UHGV virus genome: UHGV-0105470
Reading direction: 5' to 3' (one strand)
Length of the DNA: 35,353 nt
Source: a virus
In this document: in pieces, positions 12,004-19,082 of the stretch
Layout: every line of letters starts with the position of its first letter
How positions within the stretch are numbered: the first letter of the stretch is position 1
Translations under genes and position numbers: made by a program
The notes under the pieces: generated by a model
Database searches by the model: none
Seen by the model: the letters and a program-made list of their open reading frames with translations, nothing else
Told to the model about the DNA's origin: nothing

Positions 12004-13620
12004 TCAACGTCTAAGCCCCTCATATGGGTTCCCTCTCACTAAGTCTGTGTGAGCGCCCATTGATGGTGGCTTGAATAATTTAACTTCGTTAAGACTGTTG
12101 AAAGCATCACTGGTAGCATCCACTTGGTCATCTTTAGTTTTACCATCACCACAAAAGCCTTCAAGTTCTTGGAAGTAAGCTTCGTTCCAACTACCTCTCA
12201 AGACTTTTACAAGTCCAGCTTCAGAAGCAGCAGAAAACCCCGCAAATCGGGTAACTTTATCTTTATTTGTTGGTTTAGCTCTTGCTCGATAACCTTTCTC
12301 GGCAAGTTTCCTGATGAGGGATGTTGCGTAGGATTTACCAGCAGCGCCTGGGTCTTGAGGGATAAAAATACCAGTTCGCTTACCGTCACTTTCAGCAGTC
12401 AAATTAATTTGTGTTTCGACTCCAGAGGGTCTATCTCTAAATCTTACTACATCAATGATATAATAGCAACCGTCTTTTTTAGATTTACCCATCTTAACAC
12501 CTGCTGTCCAGTCTGGATTAGGGTTAATCTCAGATGGTAAAGTTGCTGCTAAGTCCCATGCTCTGACATCGAATACATCCTCTGGGAGTGAATCAACAAT
12601 TTCACACCATTGTCTTTGCCAATAGTTTGAACCTTCTGCACGAGCCTTCCAGTTACCGAAACGAAGTCTTGCAACGTTTACAGGAGTGTTGTTTTCCAAC
12701 TTACCACGATATTTAGGTTCTAAGAAGTCAAGAATTGGGTTATCATCAATCGTACCAGAGATGAATGTATATGTTTGAGGAATCTCAAGAGGAAACATTT
12801 CGAGAATCTTGTCTCTCTCCCAATCAGAAACCATAACACCATCATTCATTACATACCAACGAATACGACCACATTTTTCAGAGTCTGGGTAACCTTCTTC
12901 ATCTAAGAATGGTTCTACCCAATCGTAAATAAAGTGGTCTCTGTCTGGGTTCATAGAAATCTTCATGTATGAATCACCTTCAGCCCCAGAACGTAAACGA
13001 GTCTGTAGGTATGAAATCTGTGAAGCAGAGAAGTGCGTACCTTCGTCAAAGTAAATAGCTGAGTATTCAATACCCTGATGACCTTCAGCGTGCTTTTCAA
13101 GTTCTAGATAGGTAAACTTGATAGTTGCCCCAGAAGGGAATGTGATAGTCATCTTCTGCTCGTGAGGAACCCCACCAAACTTACCAAATAGTTTCTTTGC
13201 AGCAGGCCACAAACCACCTTGTAACTGTGTTGTATTTCGACGGAAATAGACAGCATTATAGTTAGGGTCATCAATAAACCTTAAAGAGTCCATTAACAAT
13301 GCAGCCGTCTTACCAGCACCAGCAGCACCACCATAGAGAACCAAGTCGGCATTAGTATTTAAAAAGACCTCTTGAGAACCCGGCTGAGGGGCTACATAGT
13401 TCTTATCAGTCATTAATTTGAAGATAAGTCTAACTTGGTCTGGTGTGTATCTTAATAAAGTCAGAATTTGAGTTGGAAGGAATTTAGAGGGGTCTTTACC
13501 GAATGATTTGATAATTTCTTTTACTTCATCAGAAAGCCCCAACTCTCCAGCTAGGACTTTCCTAACATCTTCCACTCGCTTCTGCTTAACAGCATTTAAG
13601 TCCATTAAGCACCTCCGCAA
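12004..13620 (-). CDS. terminase large subunit
   Basis: 538-aa ORF with Walker A-like GGAAGAGKT near N-terminus, followed by portal gene. Confidence 0.8.
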   Translation of the reverse strand: MRRCLMDLNAVKQKRVEDVRKVLAGELGLSDEVKEIIKSFGKDPSKFLPTQILTLLRYTPDQVRLIFKLMTDKNYVAPQPGSQEVFLNTNADLVLYGGAAGAGKTAALLMDSLRFIDDPNYNAVYFRRNTTQLQGGLWPAAKKLFGKFGGVPHEQKMTITFPSGATIKFTYLELEKHAEGHQGIEYSAIYFDEGTHFSASQISYLQTRLRSGAEGDSYMKISMNPDRDHFIYDWVEPFLDEEGYPDSEKCGRIRWYVMNDGVMVSDWERDKILEMFPLEIPQTYTFISGTIDDNPILDFLEPKYRGKLENNTPVNVARLRFGNWKARAEGSNYWQRQWCEIVDSLPEDVFDVRAWDLAATLPSEINPNPDWTAGVKMGKSKKDGCYYIIDVVRFRDRPSGVETQINLTAESDGKRTGIFIPQDPGAAGKSYATSLIRKLAEKGYRARAKPTNKDKVTRFAGFSAASEAGLVKVLRGSWNEAYFQELEGFCGDGKTKDDQVDATSDAFNSLNEVKLFKPPSMGAHTDLVRGNPYEGLRR

Positions 13621-13626
13621 ATAGAA

Positions 13627-13827
13627 TTATTCAGAGTCTGTAGCAGTCTCTTCTGTCTTAACTTCGAACTTTGCATCAACAGCATCAAGAAGTGCATCCA
13701 TAGACGCTTCTTGAATATCAATACCTGTTGCTACAGATAATCTGTCTGCAATTGCCATGATAGTGTTCTGCATAAATTCTAGCTTCTTGTTAGCTTCGTA
13801 AAGTTCTTTATAAACGGTCTCGCTCAT
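13627..13827 (-). CDS. hypothetical small protein upstream of terminase (small terminase subunit not excluded)
   Basis: 66-aa ORF; SD GGAGAAAA before ATG at 13827. Confidence 0.4.
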   Translation of the reverse strand: MSETVYKELYEANKKLEFMQNTIMAIADRLSVATGIDIQEASMDALLDAVDAKFEVKTEETATDSE

Positions 13828-13863
13828 TATGTTTTCTCCAAATAGTTAACCACGTTTCCCCTT

Positions 13864-13887
13864 AAAAAAGACGGTACAGAGACCGTC
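13864..13887 (-). terminator. rho-independent terminator downstream of the tRNA array
   Basis: GACGGT-acagag-ACCGTC hairpin followed on the minus strand by a T6 run (plus aaaaaa 13864-13869). Confidence 0.55.
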
Positions 13888-14049
13888 AAGGAGAAACCAC
13901 AATGTACGTCAGAGACATACTGTATAAGGCTTCTTATAAAGTATAACTCTGTAAAAAAGCCCTGTCTAAAAATACTCTTCGGTAGCGAAAGGAAGAATAC
14001 TTATAGCAGGGCATTATTATTATTTTAATTGAGAGAGAGTAAAATAACT

Positions 14050-14125
14050 TGGAGAATCCGAAGGGACTCGAACCCTTATAGACCTGTTTTGCAGACAGGC
14101 ACATAGCCATTTCTGTCACGGATTC
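14050..14125 (-). tRNA. tRNA-Cys (GCA)
   Basis: Hand-folded cloverleaf: acceptor GAATCCG/CGGATTC, anticodon loop CTGCAAA, T-loop TTCGAGT, CCA encoded. Confidence 0.85.
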
Positions 14126-14129
14126 AAAT

Positions 14130-14222
14130 TGGAGGAAGATACCAGACTTGAACTGGTACACCGATTTCTCAGCTACTGGCAGTTTAGCAAACTGCTCCCT
14201 TACCTTTTAGGGTTAATCTTCC
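14130..14222 (-). tRNA. tRNA-Ser (GCT), class II
   Basis: 93 nt; acceptor GGAAGAT/ATCTTCC; anticodon stem GCAGT/ACTGC with loop TTGCTAA; long variable arm; T-arm ACCAG-TTCAAGT-CTGGT. Confidence 0.85.
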
Positions 14223-14223
14223 A

Positions 14224-14958
14224 TTATTTCTGTAATGCGTTCTTCATTTCTGGTGTTGCAATAGTATCAATTACACCAGTTTTACAAGCATCATCAAACC
14301 AGTCTGGTAAGATACCTGCTAAGAACCCATTGATATTCGTTTTAAGGTACTCTGCAATAAGGGCAGCTTCTTCTTCAATCATCTGCACAACTTCATCTGC
14401 ATAAGCTGTAATCTTCGAGATACCTTCATTAATCTTACTAACAGCTTGGTTAGCTAAATCAGAAACAGTATCAAGACCTTTATCAATAGCATCTTGTAAG
14501 TCACTTAATACATCATTAACACCGTCTAGTGCACTGTTAATTGTGTCAATAGCTTTTTGACCATACTCTGTAGCAACACCCATAATACCACTAAATGGTG
14601 TACAACCAACTTGCTCTCCTGCTGCACCCATAACATTGGAGTAGCCTTTTGCTACCTGCATACGTGAGGAAAACTCATCAATAGACTTTTGACCATAATC
14701 TGTCAATGTCTTAGTGGTTGATGTAGTGCTTGTCAGACTCGTTGTAAAGCTATTAAGCAGAGCTGTTGTAAGTCCAGCAGCAATGAGCTTATCCTTCATT
14801 GTAGGGTCTGTTACAGAGCTAATAGAGCTTACAAGTGATGTAGAGGCAGCCACGGTTCCACCTAGAACTGCTGCACCAGTAATAAGGGGATTAGAAAACC
14901 CTCTACCGGTTTTTAAGAGATTAAAAATCTCCTTACCTTGTTCTGTCATCTCTTTCAT
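14224..14958 (-). CDS. hypothetical protein (Ser/Thr-rich N-terminal half, helical acidic C-terminal half) embedded in tRNA array
   Basis: ORF-track start (GTG at 15021) overlaps tRNA-Phe; ATG at 14956-14958 with SD AAAGGTG is the likelier start. Confidence 0.55.
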   Translation of the reverse strand: MKEMTEQGKEIFNLLKTGRGFSNPLITGAAVLGGTVAASTSLVSSISSVTDPTMKDKLIAAGLTTALLNSFTTSLTSTTSTTKTLTDYGQKSIDEFSSRMQVAKGYSNVMGAAGEQVGCTPFSGIMGVATEYGQKAIDTINSALDGVNDVLSDLQDAIDKGLDTVSDLANQAVSKINEGISKITAYADEVVQMIEEEAALIAEYLKTNINGFLAGILPDWFDDACKTGVIDTIATPEMKNALQK

Positions 14959-14974
14959 TAAGCACCTTTGAAAT

Positions 14975-15051
14975 TGGTAGTCCAGTGGGATTTGAACCCT
15001 CTTCTCATGTTTTTCAGACACGCGCTTTAACCATATAAGCTACTTGGACTA
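14975..15051 (-). tRNA. tRNA-Phe (GAA)
   Basis: Anticodon stem CGTGT/ACATG with loop CTGAAAA; T-loop TTCAAAT; acceptor TAGTCCA/TGGACTA; exact ends ambiguous by 1 nt. Confidence 0.7.
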
Positions 15052-15056
15052 TAAAT

Positions 15057-15132
15057 TGGGGTGACCTACGGGATTTGAACCCGTATAGACCATGTTCACA
15101 GCATGGGTCATTACCTTTTATGATAAGGCCAC
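15057..15132 (-). tRNA. tRNA-His (GTG)
   Basis: D-stem TCAT/ATGA, anticodon stem CCATG/CATGG with loop CTGTGAA, C73 discriminator, CCA encoded. Confidence 0.85.
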
Positions 15133-15163
15133 ATTTAAGGACTCTCGTAAGAACCCTTAGAAG

Positions 15164-15239
15164 TGGCAGCGGCATAAGGATTTGAACCTTAATAAGACAG
15201 CTTCAGAGACTGTTGCATTGCCAGTTATGCTATACCGCT
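15164..15239 (-). tRNA. tRNA-Gln (CTG)
   Basis: D-stem GCAT/ATGC, anticodon loop CTCTGAA, T-arm TAAGG-TTCAAAT-CCTTA, G73. Confidence 0.8.
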
Positions 15240-15244
15240 AAATT

Positions 15245-15323
15245 TGGTACTCCATATCGGATTCGAACCGATACATAACACAGATTTTAAGTCTGGCCTC
15301 TCTGCCAATTGGAGTAATGGAGC
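15245..15323 (-). tRNA. tRNA-Leu (TAA)-like, atypical class-I architecture
   Basis: 79 nt; acceptor GCTCCAT/ATGGAGT; anticodon stem CCAGA/TCTGT with loop CTTAAAA; variable loop only 7 nt; A73; T-arm ATCGG-TTCGAAT-CCGAT. Confidence 0.55.
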
Positions 15324-15325
15324 AT

Positions 15326-15401
15326 TGGCGGGGGATGTTGGAATTGAACCAACTTCTTCGATTTCAAAGACCGAGGTTTTAACCTTGTAAACTAATCCCC
15401 T
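15326..15401 (-). tRNA. tRNA-Gln (TTG)
   Basis: Acceptor AGGGGAT/ATCCCCC with 1-72 mismatch, D-stem GTTT/AAAC, anticodon stem TCGGT/ATCGA with loop CTTTGAA, G73. Confidence 0.8.
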
Positions 15402-15409
15402 TTAAATCT

Positions 15410-15967
15410 TTACTTTCTTAGTGGATGAATAAAGAATGCCAACATAACTCTTTCCCTTGAGAATGCTCTTTCTTCTGGGACAACACTTTTAAGTTTCCAC
15501 CCAACATAAATTCTCCAGTAGAATTGCTTACCAAAGACTTTAATTGACGGGATAAAAGCGAATAATCCCCAAGCATTACTGTTCCACATTAGGAGATAAC
15601 CTGTCTGATTATCTTCAGGGTTAGAACTTACATTGATATTACCTTTCCACTTAGTAACATCTTTTACATCTCTTCCTAACACATGGTAAGAGAAGTTATA
15701 AGCTTTGTTTCTCCAGAGCCAACCAACTCTCTGCATATAGACACCAAGCTTACCAATCTTTCTAATCTTAGCCCATCGTTCGACATGACCTTTATCACCA
15801 TCAATTGGGTTGTCATATGTCTCCATCCATCTGAATCCAAAAGGGAGATGTCCTTTCTTCTCACTGTAGAATGGAACTACGAAAGGTGCTAAGATAACTG
15901 CTAAGATTGCTGCAAATGGCTCTAACAAAGCTAAGAAAATCCATGAAGCATACTTCAAATATCTCAT
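15410..15967 (-). CDS. hypothetical membrane protein embedded in tRNA array
   Basis: 185-aa ORF with hydrophobic N-terminus (WIFLALLEPFAAILAVILAPFVVPF); flanked by tRNA genes. Confidence 0.55.
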   Translation of the reverse strand: MRYLKYASWIFLALLEPFAAILAVILAPFVVPFYSEKKGHLPFGFRWMETYDNPIDGDKGHVERWAKIRKIGKLGVYMQRVGWLWRNKAYNFSYHVLGRDVKDVTKWKGNINVSSNPEDNQTGYLLMWNSNAWGLFAFIPSIKVFGKQFYWRIYVGWKLKSVVPEERAFSRERVMLAFFIHPLRK

Positions 15968-15986
15968 CTAAATAGCCTCTTTAAAT

Positions 15987-16062
15987 TGGCGCAGGATAAG
16001 GGATTCGAACCCCTATTAACAGCTTCGTAGACTGTTGCTCTATCCATTTGAACTAATCCTGC
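15987..16062 (-). tRNA. tRNA-Arg (ACG)
   Basis: Acceptor GCAGGAT/ATCCTGC, anticodon stem ACAGT/GCTGT with loop CTACGAA, T-loop TTCGAAT. Confidence 0.85.
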
Positions 16063-16067
16063 AAAAC

Positions 16068-16145
16068 TGGTGTTCCAAGACGGATTCGAACCGTCACTAA
16101 TACAAGGTTTGAGCTTGCATCCTCTGCCAATTGGGATACTGGAAC
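16068..16145 (-). tRNA. tRNA-Leu (CAA)-like, atypical class-I architecture
   Basis: 78 nt; acceptor GTTCCAG/TTGGAAC; anticodon stem GCAAG/CTTGT with loop CTCAAAC; 6-nt variable loop; A73; shares AATTGGCAG D-loop with 15245-15323. Confidence 0.55.
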
Positions 16146-16146
16146 A

Positions 16147-16222
16147 TGGTACTCACTAAAGGACTTGAACCTTTTTTCTTCATCTTGTAAGGGTGATGTT
16201 TTACCATATAAACTAAGCGAGT
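16147..16222 (-). tRNA. tRNA-Val (TAC)
   Basis: Acceptor ACTCGCT/AGTGAGT, D-stem GTTT/AAAC, anticodon loop CTTACAA, T-arm AAAGG-TTCAAGT-CCTTT. Confidence 0.85.
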
Positions 16223-16318
16223 ATGAAAGAGGTCTGAAGTTGTGCCGCTAACTCAACTCCGTGGAATTTGTTATGGTCTTCAGTTGACTCAAAGCGGTCT
16301 TTCACTTGACCTCTAAAT

Positions 16319-16394
16319 TGGTGCTCCCACAAGGATTCGAACCCTGATAAGTTGCTTACAAGGCAACCGTAATAGCCAATTATACGATAGGAGC
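16319..16394 (-). tRNA. tRNA-Thr (TGT)
   Basis: Acceptor GCTCCTA/TGGGAGC, anticodon stem GTTGC/GCAAC with loop CTTGTAA, T-loop TTCGAAT. Confidence 0.85.
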
Positions 16395-16401
16395 ATTAAT
16401 T

Positions 16402-16476
16402 TGGAGCATCCAGAGGGAATCGAACCCTCAACCTCAGTTTGGAAGACTGTAATTTTCCCGTTTAAACTATGGATGC
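16402..16476 (-). tRNA. tRNA-Gly (TCC)
   Basis: Acceptor GCATCCA/TGGATGC, anticodon loop CTTCCAA, T-arm GAGGG-TTCGATT-CCCTC. Confidence 0.8.
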
Positions 16477-16482
16477 ACTAAT

Positions 16483-16558
16483 TGGTGGAGTCACTGAGAA
16501 TTGAACTCAGTTCCCAAGTTTGCAAAACTCGAATTTTAACCATATAAACTATGACCCC
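16483..16558 (-). tRNA. tRNA-Ala (TGC)
   Basis: G3-U70 wobble in acceptor (Ala identity element), anticodon loop TTTGCAA, T-arm CTGAG-TTCAATT-CTCAG. Confidence 0.85.
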
Positions 16559-16564
16559 ATTGCT

Positions 16565-16640
16565 TGGTACAGGTGGAGGGAATTGAACCCATCGTCTTAC
16601 TGATTAAGAGTCAGCCGCATAACCATTTTGCTACACCTGC
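16565..16640 (-). tRNA. tRNA-Lys (CTT)
   Basis: Acceptor GCAGGTG/CACCTGT, anticodon stem GCTGA/TCAGT with loop CTCTTAA; T-stem only 3 clean bp. Confidence 0.7.
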
Positions 16641-16647
16641 ATTAATT

Positions 16648-16725
16648 TGGTAGGAGACAAGGGATTCGAACCCTCAAACACCAACTTCTAAGGATGGTAG
16701 GTTTACCAATTACCGTCAATCTCCC
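16648..16725 (-). tRNA. tRNA-Leu (TAG)-like, atypical class-I architecture
   Basis: 78 nt; acceptor GGGAGAT/GTCTCCT (two G-U); anticodon stem CCATC/GTTGG with loop CTTAGAA; 5-nt variable loop; A73. Confidence 0.5.
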
Positions 16726-16977
16726 ATTAAATCTTTTTAGAGAACTTCTAAGAACCTAAGCAACAAGGTTCCACAACAAGCTGTAATAACCTTAGAAGCC
16801 CTCTAAAAAGACCTAATTTGGTCTTTGCATAGTCTTGTTTAATCCGGTGACTAGAACCTTTGGAGAGCTTGATATATCTCTTCTCCGTGACACCTACTAG
16901 GTGCTTTATCAGTGTACGACAATACACGAGGGATAAACCGAAAATGCGAGCAAGCATGGACGGTGTAAATCTTATTA

Positions 16978-17067
16978 GGCGGTAAGTAAAGGAGTCGAAC
17001 CCTCACCGTATCTCTACAGTGGCAACAGTTTTCAAGACTGTTTGGCTGCCATTAGCCGCTACCTACC
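16978..17067 (-). tRNA. tRNA-Ser (TGA), class II
   Basis: 90 nt; acceptor GGTAGGT/ACTTACC; anticodon stem ACAGT/ACTGT with loop CTTGAAA; long variable arm; T-loop TTCGACT; 3' CCA not fully encoded. Confidence 0.8.
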
Positions 17068-17080
17068 CCTAATAAGATTT

Positions 17081-17163
17081 TGGCATGGGACGGAGGAGTT
17101 GAACCCCTTTGAAACGGTTTTGGAGGCCGTTGCTCATGCCTTAGAGTCTTAACATCGTCCCAT
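17081..17163 (-). tRNA. tRNA-Trp (CCA)-like, atypical 83 nt
   Basis: Acceptor ATGGGAC/GTCCCAT, Trp-type anticodon loop CTCCAAA, T-loop TTCAACT, G73 CCA; 5' half about 7 nt longer than canonical. Confidence 0.5.
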
Positions 17164-17305
17164 ACTGTAATTCGAAGCTTACCGTATTTTCACAACACTG
17201 TAAAGCCCCTTCTCAGATTATTTACATGTTCTGGAAAACATGAGATACAGACCACCTCCTTACACGGAGACCCGATAAGGTCGTCTAAGCAATCTGCTAA
17301 CTATT

Positions 17306-17382
17306 TGGCACACCCTACAGGATTCGAACCTGTAACTCAATGATTAGAAGTCATTTGCTCTGTCCAGTTGAACTAAGGGTGC
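17306..17382 (-). tRNA. tRNA-Arg (TCT)
   Basis: Acceptor GCACCCT/AGGGTGT, D-stem GTTC/GAGC, anticodon stem AATGA/TCATT with loop CTTCTAA. Confidence 0.85.
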
Positions 17383-17629
17383 ATTAATCTTTAAAAACTC
17401 TCTTAGAAAGCCCTTAAAGATGCCCACCTTATTAATCATACCGTGGGCTAGTACGCCAAATTCTTTGATGAGGGATTGGAAGACCTCACTGGTGTTTAGC
17501 CTATCAAGCTACTGCCAGAAAAACATTGTCGTTTGCATTTATTTTAAATTTGCAAAATAGACGCTACGCAACGAAAACTAAGGTTACTATAAAGTGGTCA
17601 CATCTAAATGTCAACAACTTTATTGAAAT

Positions 17630-17705
17630 TGGTACTGGTAGGTGGAATCGAACCACCGATGTTCCCTTATCAGGGGAGTGTTATAACCTTCTTAACTATA
17701 CCAGC
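17630..17705 (-). tRNA. tRNA-Ile (GAT)
   Basis: Acceptor GCTGGTA/TACCAGT, anticodon loop CTGATAA, T-arm GGTGG-TTCGATT-CCACC. Confidence 0.85.
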
Positions 17706-17706
17706 T

Positions 17707-17782
17707 TGGAGGTTCAGATGGGATTCGAACCCACATTCATAGGGCTTATGAGACCCTTGCATTACCTTATCTGCGACTGAAC
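17707..17782 (-). tRNA. tRNA-Met (CAT); elongator, initiator or Ile2 not distinguishable
   Basis: Acceptor GGTTCAG/CTGAACC, anticodon stem AGGGT/GCCCT with loop CTCATAA. Confidence 0.8.
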
Positions 17783-17787
17783 CATAT

Positions 17788-17863
17788 TGGTAGAAGTGGA
17801 GGGATTCGAACCCATCGCCTGTCAGATTAAAAGTCTGCCGCATCACCATTCTGCTACACTTCC
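17788..17863 (-). tRNA. tRNA-Lys (TTT)
   Basis: Acceptor GGAAGTG/CACTTCT, anticodon loop CTTTTAA; paralogous in sequence to the Lys (CTT) gene. Confidence 0.8.
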
Positions 17864-17869
17864 ATTAAA

Positions 17870-18009
17870 TTATCTTTGTAGATAAGCTACCCAGACTTGC
17901 TTAAGGTCTGTAGCGATGTGCCTTGTTGGGTTTAAATCTAGAATTTACCCTTTCACCCTTTGTGGTCGCATACTCACAGGTAAGCTTAATAACTTATCTA
18001 CAAAGATAA
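17870..18009. repeat. 16-17 bp inverted repeat pair (ttatctttgtagataag / cttatctacaaagataa) flanking about 105 bp
   Basis: Exact reverse-complement 16-mers at about 17870-17886 and 17993-18009 inside the tRNA array spacer. Confidence 0.6.
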
Positions 18010-18060
18010 TTACCAGACCGTTGTTTATCATCTTAAGTGCTACCATTACACCAACTCGAC

Positions 18061-18140
18061 ATCTGCCGAGTGAAGGAATCGAACCTTCGCCTTTTCTTTA
18101 CCGGAGAAATAGATTGTTTAAGTTTTGCTGTAAACGGTCT
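18061..18140 (-). pseudogene. tRNA remnant (intact T-arm, no pairing acceptor stem)
   Basis: T-arm GAAGG-TTCGATT-CCTTC and stem-loop TTTCT-CCGGTAA-AGAAA, but no 5' strand complementary to ACTCGGC and C at loop position 33. Confidence 0.35.
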
Positions 18141-18154
18141 TCTGTAAATTTGTT

Positions 18155-18235
18155 GAGCCAGACCAAGTTTTAAATTTTCAAAATTAAATTGGCTTTAAAT
18201 TTTAAGTAACTTGCTGAATTTGGTCTTCTGCTCCT
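18155..18235 (-). ncRNA. conserved spacer stem element in tRNA array (one of four copies)
   Basis: CCAGACC(R) ... (Y)GGTCTTCTG ends with compensatory R/Y covariation across copies at 18011-18145, 18155-18235, 18558-18625, 18714-18796. Confidence 0.4.
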
Positions 18236-18291
18236 TTAAAGAATACTCGTAAGAACCCTTTAAGGGAGGGGCTAAATAGCCCTCTCAAAAT

Positions 18292-18368
18292 TGGCGGTTA
18301 CGATGAGACTTGAACTCACATCATCTCCCGTGACAGGGGAGTATTTTATCCAGTTAAACTACATAACC
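18292..18368 (-). tRNA. tRNA-Asp (GTC)
   Basis: Acceptor GGTTATG/CGTAACC, anticodon stem CTCCC/GGGAG with loop CTGTCAC, T-loop TTCAAGT. Confidence 0.85.
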
Positions 18369-18374
18369 TTTATT

Positions 18375-18462
18375 TGGTGTGCCGTGTAGGAGTCGAACCT
18401 ACCGAGTCTCAATGACAAGGGATTTACAGTCCCCACCGCTACCATCTACGGGATAACGACAC
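18375..18462 (-). tRNA. tRNA-Tyr (GTA), class II
   Basis: 88 nt; acceptor GTGTCGT/ACGGCAC; anticodon stem GGGGA/TCCCT with loop CTGTAAA; long variable arm; T-arm GTAGG-TTCGACT-CCTAC. Confidence 0.8.
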
Positions 18463-18471
18463 ATTTAAATT

Positions 18472-18548
18472 TGGCGGTTAGTCAGGGATTCGAACCCTGT
18501 GCCATTCGCTTAACAGGCGACCGCACATACCTTATGTGCTTCCTAACC
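18472..18548 (-). tRNA. tRNA-Asn (GTT)
   Basis: D-stem GCAC/GTGC, anticodon loop CTGTTAA, T-arm CAGGG-TTCGAAT-CCCTG. Confidence 0.8.
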
Positions 18549-18628
18549 TTAATATATTGCCAGACCGTGTTTTTTTTTCTTTTATCCGCAAAAAGTAGTT
18601 TATTGCTGCATACGGTCTTCTGCAAAAT

Positions 18629-18705
18629 TGGAGGCGGGTGCAGGAGTCGAACCTGCCGATGCCATGCTAATGAGACATGTGAGACGCCCTTTCTCTATAC
18701 CCGCA
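18629..18705 (-). tRNA. tRNA with CAT anticodon (Met or Ile2), second copy
   Basis: Anticodon stem CATGT/GCATG with loop CTCATTA (pyrimidine at 37), T-arm GCAGG-TTCGACT-CCTGC, 1-72 mismatch. Confidence 0.6.
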
Positions 18706-18796
18706 ATTCTTAATGACCAGACCAAATCTCTTCTTTGTCCGATTTAGCTTCAGATGAATAAGATTAAGTTTGCTGTAATTGGTCTTCTGTCAAAAC

Positions 18797-18874
18797 TGGC
18801 GTTCCAGAAGGGATTTTAACCCTCAAATATCCACTTTGAAAGAGTGGTGACTATACCATTTTGTCTACTGGAAC
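18797..18874 (-). tRNA. tRNA-Glu (TTC)
   Basis: Acceptor GTTCCAG/CTGGAAC, anticodon stem CCACT/AGTGG with loop CTTTCAA; unusual T-loop TTAAAAT (A at position 56). Confidence 0.75.
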
Positions 18875-18881
18875 ATTAATT

Positions 18882-18958
18882 TGGTCTCTGTTGGAGGACT
18901 TGAACCTCCGGCCTTACCGCCCCAAACGGAACACTCTACCAAGCTGAGCTAAACAGAG
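18882..18958 (-). tRNA. tRNA-Pro (TGG)
   Basis: C1-G72 acceptor CTCTGTT/AACAGAG, D-stem GCTC/GAGT, anticodon loop TTTGGGG, T-arm GGAGG-TTCAAGT-CCTCC. Confidence 0.85.
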
Positions 18959-19082
18959 ATAAACTTTTCAAACTCTATGTAACCACTTTAACATTATTTT
19001 TTAGTGATTGTCAAGAACTTTTTTAAAATATTTTTCAGTATCTTAGAAAAGCTCTCATTTCGTTTCTATGTAGAACATATTA

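Noticed and set aside
14959-15021. N-terminal extension of ORF 14224..15021 (GTG start)
   Set aside because: The extension overlaps tRNA-Phe; an ATG with SD at 14958 gives a clean start just after the tRNA 3' end.
16223-16318. Possible additional tRNA in the 96-nt spacer between tRNA-Val and tRNA-Thr
   Set aside because: It has an AGAGGTC...GACCTCT inverted repeat but no foldable T-arm or anticodon arm on either strand; more likely a processing hairpin.
15245-16725. Nonsense-suppressor tRNAs (anticodons TAA and TAG)
   Set aside because: Read 5'->3' on the tRNA these anticodons pair with UUA and CUA Leu codons; stop-codon suppressors would need TTA, CTA or TCA.
16748-18713. ORFs inside the tRNA array (16748..16957, 17526..17780, 17916..18173, 18471..18713)
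   Set aside because: They overlap tRNA genes or spacer elements, lack ribosome-binding sites and have implausible translations.
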